A stretch of DNA of 64,000 nt from a virus: IMG/VR virus record IMGVR_UViG_3300042923_000619, positions 32,001-96,000 of that record; one strand, written 5' to 3'. The number at the start of each line of letters is the position of its first letter. Positions within the stretch are counted from its first letter, which is position 1. Shown here piece after piece: positions 58,220 to 64,000 of this stretch. Made by a program: the position numbers and the translations under genes. The notes under the pieces are model-generated. The model was not told the DNA's origin. It saw only the letters and a program-made list of their open reading frames with translations, and did not search any database.

Positions 58220-61114
58220 TTATTTATCCTCCTTTTTATCTATTATCTTTGTCACCATTTTAAAATTATCACCATCATACTTTATATCACCATTATCATC
58301 TCTAATAGGAAAACTAATTGTTCTATTACTGTTATCTAATAGATTTTCTAATATATAGTTTCCTACCATAGACCAAACAAAAGCTTTACTAATGAGTTTT
58401 TTCTTATAAGCTAAAAATACTAATTTGTCACATAATTCTTGCTCATTCATTATTAGATTTTTCAAATCAACTTTTAAACTATCAAAGTTTTGTTTACTTT
58501 CTTCCATTCCTACTTCTTTATCCGAATTTTCATCGTTAACATTTCTTTTATTAGATATAGATGATTTATATATACTATATATATCCTTTATTTTATTAAT
58601 AGTTTGATTATCTACATTTTCAATTTCATTTGACATATATATAGAATAATCAAATTTTTTATCTATTAAGTTTTTATCATTATCTGACAAGTCACCTTCA
58701 AAACTAACTTCAACTTTATGTGCTATCTTATTGACAATACAAGGATTGTCACTTAATGGATTTTTTTCTAAATAATACTTTAACATTTCTTGTTCTTTTA
58801 AACTTTTGTTATTTTTATTTATCAATTCATCCAATGTCATTCTAAATTCTCTTAAACATAATATATTTGCTTCTTTTATGTAATTTAAATATTCATTGTT
58901 TGACTCCCCATATATATATCTAAAATAATATGGTTTCTTATAAGCACAAATACTTAACAAATATTCTTTTCCCTTAATGATTTCTTCAGAGTCTAATGAT
59001 AAATTTATGTTTCCAACAAATTTGTCATTTTTCTTTTGTCTAACCATATTTATTTTTATATATTCACACTTATTATCATACCAATAACTAGGTATTGGTT
59101 CAGGTGGTTTACCTTGTTTAGCAGAATCAATGCATGATTGTTGTATGTATTGTATACATTGTATACGTCTATCAAGTTCAATATACTCTTTACTACCTTT
59201 TAAAAATAAAGATAGTTTGTCATAAAAAGAACTTCCTACATTAGTAACACTTCCTACTTTATTACCAAATGAATTTTTAATAGCTTGTATATAATCTTTT
59301 CTTTGAGGATTAACCATTTTTTCTGCACTTTCACTATCACAATCTAAAGCTGGTAAATCAAATATACCATTAATTATTATAGAATTTGATGTTGTAAAAT
59401 TCATATCTGCATCGAAGTCCTCACCATTCATTGCCATACAAGAAGTATCCCAAGCATTAAATATAATCATATTTTCTATATCAGAATACCAATTATCAAC
59501 TTCTTGTTTGTTACAAATATTCATTACTCTAGCATTTTGTTTACAACTCATAGGACTTCTAAACGCTCCGACCTTTTCTATATTTCTATCTTTCCAATAT
59601 TTTATGTAAAACTCATTTGTATTTAATAATCCTTGTGGTTTTTTATTACACATTGCTTCTAATTGGATTACTGGCTCTCCAATTGCTATTTGATAATTCC
59701 CATTAACTTTTATTTTCCCTGTCTTTAACATATCAATTCTTTTAGATATTGCTCTTTTTAATTTATCCACTACAAAATCATCATGTATAGTATTTTTATT
59801 TATCATTAATGCTTTTATATGATAGTCATTTATATCATTTCCAAACCATACGTTTTCTTCTGTTATATCTTTTCCTTTACCAAAAAGAATTGATTTTTTA
59901 TAATTTTTACCTATTACTTCTTTTATTTCACTTATATTTTTATTTAATAATTTATCAATGTCATTATCATTTAAATCTAAACATTGTATGTACTGATAGT
60001 TTAGCATTCTTTCATTTTCTAATACTTTAGGAGTATATTTAGTTACCGAAAATCCATACTCATTCTTTAAACAGTTATCGCAATATTCTTCAATACTTTT
60101 GTAGAATGGGAAATTAAGTTTTAACATACTTTCATTAAGTATAATATCTACATCATCTATATTATGTACTTGTCCAAAAACATCTGTTACTTGAGTAGTT
60201 TTTAGTACTTCTTTACAGTATTCTTTAAATTTAAATTTTGTTACCATACCCTTTATCCAAGAATTTCTTATGCAAAATGATGATGGAATATAATCTTCTT
60301 GTAAGTCATTTGCCCATTTTTCTGCTAATTCATAAGAAATTAATCCACATCCATCACAAGCATTTAATTTTATTAATTTATTGTTTACTGGAAATGTATT
60401 CGGTTCTCCAAGTTCTTTATCAAATTTAACTTCAATAACATCAGCATTGAACTCTGTTTCAACATCTTTTACTACCAAGATTCTATTTGTCCATGTAACA
60501 GGAGTGCTTGAACTAAATGTAAGTGCCTTATATCCCATTATCTTATTTGGTAAAACTTCAACTGTTTTTATTTCTCCAGTAGATTTATCAATTTTTTCAG
60601 CTAAAAAATTTGCTCCATTATTTAATCTTATTTCCATTTCTTCAAGTAAATCTGACCTTATAAATAACACAACCGATTTTTTTAATCCCCCAGGAGTTCC
60701 TAAAAGTAATTCATACTTCTTACCATTAAGTTCAAATCCACTTTCTGAATATTTATCATATTGTTTATTACTATTAAATTCAACATTACAAATAAAGTCC
60801 TGTAATGAAGCCACTCTAATATCTTCTTGAAGTTGTCTTATCTCTTTTTTCAATTCTGTGTTGTTTCTATCTTTAATTATCTCTTTTCTTTTTTGTTTCA
60901 GTTCTGACTTTTTGTTATTTATGTATTCTTCATTATACTCGCTATTTAAAATATCTCTAATCATTCTAGTACCTTCAGAATCACCAATACCAACTATATA
61001 TCTTTGTTTTATTCCTTTAGATATGTTAGGTATTTTAACCTTACCTTTGTTTCTATCAATAAAATTACTATTAATTCTATAACAATATCTTTGATTTAGA
61101 ATTTGTTTACTCAT
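58220..61114 (-). CDS. yonO: YonO-like single-subunit DNA-dependent RNA polymerase (RdRP-like two-barrel family)
   Basis: ACDGCGLIS, CIRNSWIKG, FRSPM, NGEDFDAD catalytic loop, GSVTN motifs; SPbeta-like synteny. Confidence 0.88.
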   Translation of the reverse strand: MSKQILNQRYCYRINSNFIDRNKGKVKIPNISKGIKQRYIVGIGDSEGTRMIRDILNSEYNEEYINNKKSELKQKRKEIIKDRNNTELKKEIRQLQEDIRVASLQDFICNVEFNSNKQYDKYSESGFELNGKKYELLLGTPGGLKKSVVLFIRSDLLEEMEIRLNNGANFLAEKIDKSTGEIKTVEVLPNKIMGYKALTFSSSTPVTWTNRILVVKDVETEFNADVIEVKFDKELGEPNTFPVNNKLIKLNACDGCGLISYELAEKWANDLQEDYIPSSFCIRNSWIKGMVTKFKFKEYCKEVLKTTQVTDVFGQVHNIDDVDIILNESMLKLNFPFYKSIEEYCDNCLKNEYGFSVTKYTPKVLENERMLNYQYIQCLDLNDNDIDKLLNKNISEIKEVIGKNYKKSILFGKGKDITEENVWFGNDINDYHIKALMINKNTIHDDFVVDKLKRAISKRIDMLKTGKIKVNGNYQIAIGEPVIQLEAMCNKKPQGLLNTNEFYIKYWKDRNIEKVGAFRSPMSCKQNARVMNICNKQEVDNWYSDIENMIIFNAWDTSCMAMNGEDFDADMNFTTSNSIIINGIFDLPALDCDSESAEKMVNPQRKDYIQAIKNSFGNKVGSVTNVGSSFYDKLSLFLKGSKEYIELDRRIQCIQYIQQSCIDSAKQGKPPEPIPSYWYDNKCEYIKINMVRQKKNDKFVGNINLSLDSEEIIKGKEYLLSICAYKKPYYFRYIYGESNNEYLNYIKEANILCLREFRMTLDELINKNNKSLKEQEMLKYYLEKNPLSDNPCIVNKIAHKVEVSFEGDLSDNDKNLIDKKFDYSIYMSNEIENVDNQTINKIKDIYSIYKSSISNKRNVNDENSDKEVGMEESKQNFDSLKVDLKNLIMNEQELCDKLVFLAYKKKLISKAFVWSMVGNYILENLLDNSNRTISFPIRDDNGDIKYDGDNFKMVTKIIDKKEDK

Positions 61115-61160
61115 TCTGTCACCTCAAATTACTTTTTATTTATTTAATTATATAATTTAT

Positions 61161-61487
61161 TTAAATTTCAATTAATGTTTTATTACTATATTCTTTTAAT
61201 GTTTCAAACAATTCATCTAAATCAATTTCATCGTCCAAATAACTCCAATAAGTCATCATTCTTATATCAGCATTTGCTAAATTGTCAGAATTAATTAATT
61301 CTTTCCCAATTAAAGCTTCCTCTATTTCGCATAATATATTCATTTGGACTTCCTCACAAAAATTATCATATCCTAAATACATTTCATACAAGTCTTCATC
61401 TTCGTTACAAGCCATTACTATTTCCTTTGTTTTGTTTAATAAATAAATTATATCTTCCTTACTTTTAATTTTCATATTCACTCTCAT
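61161..61487 (-). CDS. Hypothetical acidic protein
   Basis: 108-aa ORF with RBS GGAG. Confidence 0.5.
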   Translation of the reverse strand: MRVNMKIKSKEDIIYLLNKTKEIVMACNEDEDLYEMYLGYDNFCEEVQMNILCEIEEALIGKELINSDNLANADIRMMTYWSYLDDEIDLDELFETLKEYSNKTLIEI

Positions 61488-61508
61488 CTTTTATTTCTCC
61501 TTTATTTT

Positions 61509-61542
61509 ATAATTATTTTACTTCAAATTCCCAATAAAACAC
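61509..61542 (-). repeat. 34-bp element, inverted copy of 34853..34886
   Basis: Exact reverse-complement match. Confidence 0.85.
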
Positions 61543-61707
61543 GCATTTGATTAAGTTTAATTCTATTAATTTATTAACTATACATTTAAACCATCTAATA
61601 CTTTCTCTGCCTTGTCCAATTTCAAGACAACAAAGTATATCACTTCAACTCCAAAAACTCTCTATAAAGCTAATAGACCACTTAAATTCGATTCTAACCT
61701 ATATGTA

Positions 61708-61929
61708 CTACTTATCCCTATTATATCTTTTTATTTTATGTATATCAGATGGTTTCAAATACCCACTACTAACATCAATACCATAACAATGTGCTTCGGT
61801 TATTAAATCACTTTTATTTCCTGTGTTATAATCATCCAAGTAATCATAATCATCGTAAAACCCATTTATGTATACTTCCCATTCTCTATCAAAACTTCTC
61901 TTTTGTGTTCTTCCTTCTAAAATTCCCAT
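61708..61929 (-). CDS. Hypothetical protein
   Basis: 73-aa ORF, RBS GAGAGG. Confidence 0.45.
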   Translation of the reverse strand: MGILEGRTQKRSFDREWEVYINGFYDDYDYLDDYNTGNKSDLITEAHCYGIDVSSGYLKPSDIHKIKRYNRDK

Positions 61930-62018
61930 CTATTCATACCTCTCACTTCTGTAATATTGTTTTTATTGTTTTTAATCATTAAATTCATTGTGTTTTCTCC
62001 TTTTCTTATATTAATTTA

Positions 62019-62303
62019 TTAATTAGCCATTCTATTTTTATTATTTCTTTTACTTCTAATATGTATTTCAAGCCATTCATCTAAATCATTATATTCCTTT
62101 TCTTCTGTTGGAGTTAATATGCCACTAAAATCTTTGATTTTTAACTCATCAAACCTAGCATATTTCTTTTCCAGTAACTTATCTTTTTTTGATTTAAACT
62201 CGATTACTTCACACATTGTCCTCACCTTCTTTCTTAATTGTATTAATTTGTTTACTACTTGTATGTTATGGAAAACTAGTGGATTAATTACTATCTCTTC
62301 CAT
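62019..62303 (-). CDS. Hypothetical protein
   Basis: 94-aa ORF downstream of SigA promoter. Confidence 0.5.
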   Translation of the reverse strand: MEEIVINPLVFHNIQVVNKLIQLRKKVRTMCEVIEFKSKKDKLLEKKYARFDELKIKDFSGILTPTEEKEYNDLDEWLEIHIRSKRNNKNRMAN

Positions 62304-62309
62304 AATTTA

Positions 62310-62338
62310 ATAATAACATATTAAATTTTATTTGTCAA
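62310..62338 (-). promoter_or_regulatory. SigA-type early promoter heading the RNAP-containing transcript
   Basis: TTGACA-N17-TATTAT with TG just upstream of -10. Confidence 0.7.
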
Positions 62339-62348
62339 CTTATTTCTA

Positions 62349-62933
62349 TTAATTTGTTTCCGACTTGTATTTTTCTTTTAATTCTTCTATATCTTTAATT
62401 ACATTTTCTAATTTATTAGTTACAACAAAGCTATAACATTTCTCTCCTTTGTTATATTTGTCATCTAATTCATAAAAATCTTGTCCAGTAAAATAACTTA
62501 TAGTAATTGCCAACTTTCTACTATTAACAATCTTAAATTTATACTTCTCTTTCTTTTCTGTTGTCTGATTAAAAGTATTGTTCACGCAAGTTTCTATATA
62601 TCTTGAAAAAGCAAAATCAGTAGTATATTTCTCCTTGTAATATTTTTCTATAGATCTTTTTACTTTTGTCAATGATTCTAATATTTCATTTAAAGAATAC
62701 TTATTACTTAAATCTTTAATGGTTTTATAAACTATTGGTGTTGGATGTTTAGTAATTTCATAAATTATACTAAAGCATTCCATCTTTATTTTATTATCGT
62801 TATTTGTTTTACTAATATAATCTTCTTTTTCTTGCTCACTACAGAAATATTTGTTACTTTTTCCTATTTTAACTTTTACTGATTCATTAGAATCTATTGT
62901 TTTTCCACATTTTTTACATTTTACCATTCTCAT
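62349..62933 (-). CDS. Hypothetical protein with N-terminal Zn finger
   Basis: VKCKKCG...YFCS. Confidence 0.55.
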   Translation of the reverse strand: MRMVKCKKCGKTIDSNESVKVKIGKSNKYFCSEQEKEDYISKTNNDNKIKMECFSIIYEITKHPTPIVYKTIKDLSNKYSLNEILESLTKVKRSIEKYYKEKYTTDFAFSRYIETCVNNTFNQTTEKKEKYKFKIVNSRKLAITISYFTGQDFYELDDKYNKGEKCYSFVVTNKLENVIKDIEELKEKYKSETN

Positions 62934-62990
62934 TTTATAAAATCTCCTTTATTATTTTTTTATTTTATTAAGGTAGAAATGTCAAATACA

Positions 62991-63160
62991 TAGTTTTTGT
63001 ACATTTCTTAAAATTACAGGACTACTTTTTGTACATATTTGAAAACTACGAACATACTTTTTGTACATTTTATAATTCATTTGTACAGAAAGTATGTTGT
63101 CAGTGTACCGTAAAATATATATTAAATACAATATATATTAATAAATAAATATTCATACAA
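62991..63160. repeat. Iteron-like repeats plus AT-rich tract, probable replication origin
   Basis: TTTTTGTACAT cores at 62998, 63030, 63062 (32-bp period), partial at 63082 and 63104; AT-rich 63111-63160. Confidence 0.65.
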
Positions 63161-63200
63161 TAGAGAATTATTGTTTCGTGAAAAATTTCACTCACATTGG

Positions 63201-63998
63201 TCATCTTTCTTCTTTTATTAATTCAATTAGGTTTTCTTTTTCTTGCTCTAATAGTTTCAATTTTTCTAAATCTATTATTGTTCTTTCTTTTAATTTATTT
63301 ATATTTGTTATTTTCTTGCTAATAGATATTTGTAAATTGATTAACTCTTTATATTTGTTACTTACTTTATAATATCCATTTTTCTCTCTATCTTTTCTTA
63401 GTCTTTCTAATAATATATCTTCATTCCCATATGGAGTATAAAACATTACTCCATTTCTTATTGATTCTTTCCCATTTTTATCAACCTTATATCCTGCATA
63501 GTCAAAGCTGAATATCTTCAATTCTTTAAATATACTGTTATATTTGACTATTGTGTTTTTAGATTTGATTTTGCATATATTGGCTATATTATCTAATTTA
63601 GGATAGTCACATAAATAATCTTCACATTTATTATCTTTATTAATACAACTACATATGTATAAATATTGTTTTATTAAATAATATAAATCAACTTCATTAG
63701 ATATTGAATATTTTACCAATTTATCAATATCTAAATCACAAAATATACAAAAATCTCCATCCATATGATTGATTAATTGTCCATATATCATATCATTTGC
63801 TTTTAATTTATTCAAGTCTTTAATAGTATAATCATCATTTAAATATATTTTATCCTTAAAATGCATTTGCTCTTCATCTTTTAGTAGTTGTAATGTGTCA
63901 ATTATCAGTTTGTTCATTCTTGTATTGTAAGTTATCCCTAAATTATCACATATAGAATTTATATTGAACATACAGGTATCTTTACTACTTCTAGTCAT
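63201..63998 (-). CDS. Putative replication initiator (tandem winged-helix-like)
   Basis: FNINSICDNLG, DYPKLDNIANICKIKSKNTIVKYNSIFKELKIF HTH-like; adjacent iterons; start may lie beyond window edge. Confidence 0.5.
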   Translation of the reverse strand: MTRSSKDTCMFNINSICDNLGITYNTRMNKLIIDTLQLLKDEEQMHFKDKIYLNDDYTIKDLNKLKANDMIYGQLINHMDGDFCIFCDLDIDKLVKYSISNEVDLYYLIKQYLYICSCINKDNKCEDYLCDYPKLDNIANICKIKSKNTIVKYNSIFKELKIFSFDYAGYKVDKNGKESIRNGVMFYTPYGNEDILLERLRKDREKNGYYKVSNKYKELINLQISISKKITNINKLKERTIIDLEKLKLLEQEKENLIELIKEER

Positions 63999-64000
63999 AT

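Larger units (their letters stand above)
1..64000 (-). mobile_element. Large SPbeta-like Clostridium-type siphophage/prophage segment (replication, RNAP, head, tail, lysis, fibre modules)
   Basis: Co-oriented terminase, portal, protease/scaffold, capsid, tail, tape measure, endolysin genes; gene order RNAP-HU-YonK-like-phosphoesterase-terminase parallels SPbeta yonO..yonB; very low GC. Confidence 0.93.

Noticed and set aside
47543-61114. Inteins or introns in terminase or RNAP
   Set aside because: Both ORFs are continuous, of expected size, with no intein splice motifs noticed
61547-61707. Short minus-strand coding-like remnant (VIYFVVLKLDKAEKVLDGLNV)
   Set aside because: Too short and interrupted to support as a gene
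2257-63372. Plus-strand ORFs in the ORF track (e.g. 2257, 18083, 42417, 60381)
   Set aside because: They lie antisense to long minus-strand genes, lack RBS or motifs, and look like shadow frames of AT-rich codons

Overview
This is a very AT-rich, 64-kb segment of a large SPbeta-like siphophage or prophage, most likely infecting Clostridium. Essentially every gene is on the minus strand. Read from high to low coordinates, the order is: a putative replication initiator with iteron-like repeats; a YonO-like single-subunit RNA polymerase; an unusual accessory block (HU-like protein, beta-CASP metallo-RNase, calcineurin-like phosphoesterase, ClpP-like protease and several hairpin-rich intergenic RNAs); packaging and head genes; tail genes; lysis genes; a primase-polymerase; and a second cluster of fibre/adhesin-like genes. 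The clearest hidden structure is the tape-measure gene, which the ORF track shows as two fragments. It is really one ~1875-aa gene split by two group I introns around a 148-nt micro-exon, and the second intron carries an endonuclease ORF. The window also has three related free-standing endonucleases, two secreted-protein morons with their own promoters, three structured leaders that share an 8-nt loop motif, a 34-bp inverted repeat 26.6 kb apart, and a gene that appears to start at ATC. No tRNA, rRNA or CRISPR array was found. All family assignments come from motif recognition by eye; no database searches were run.
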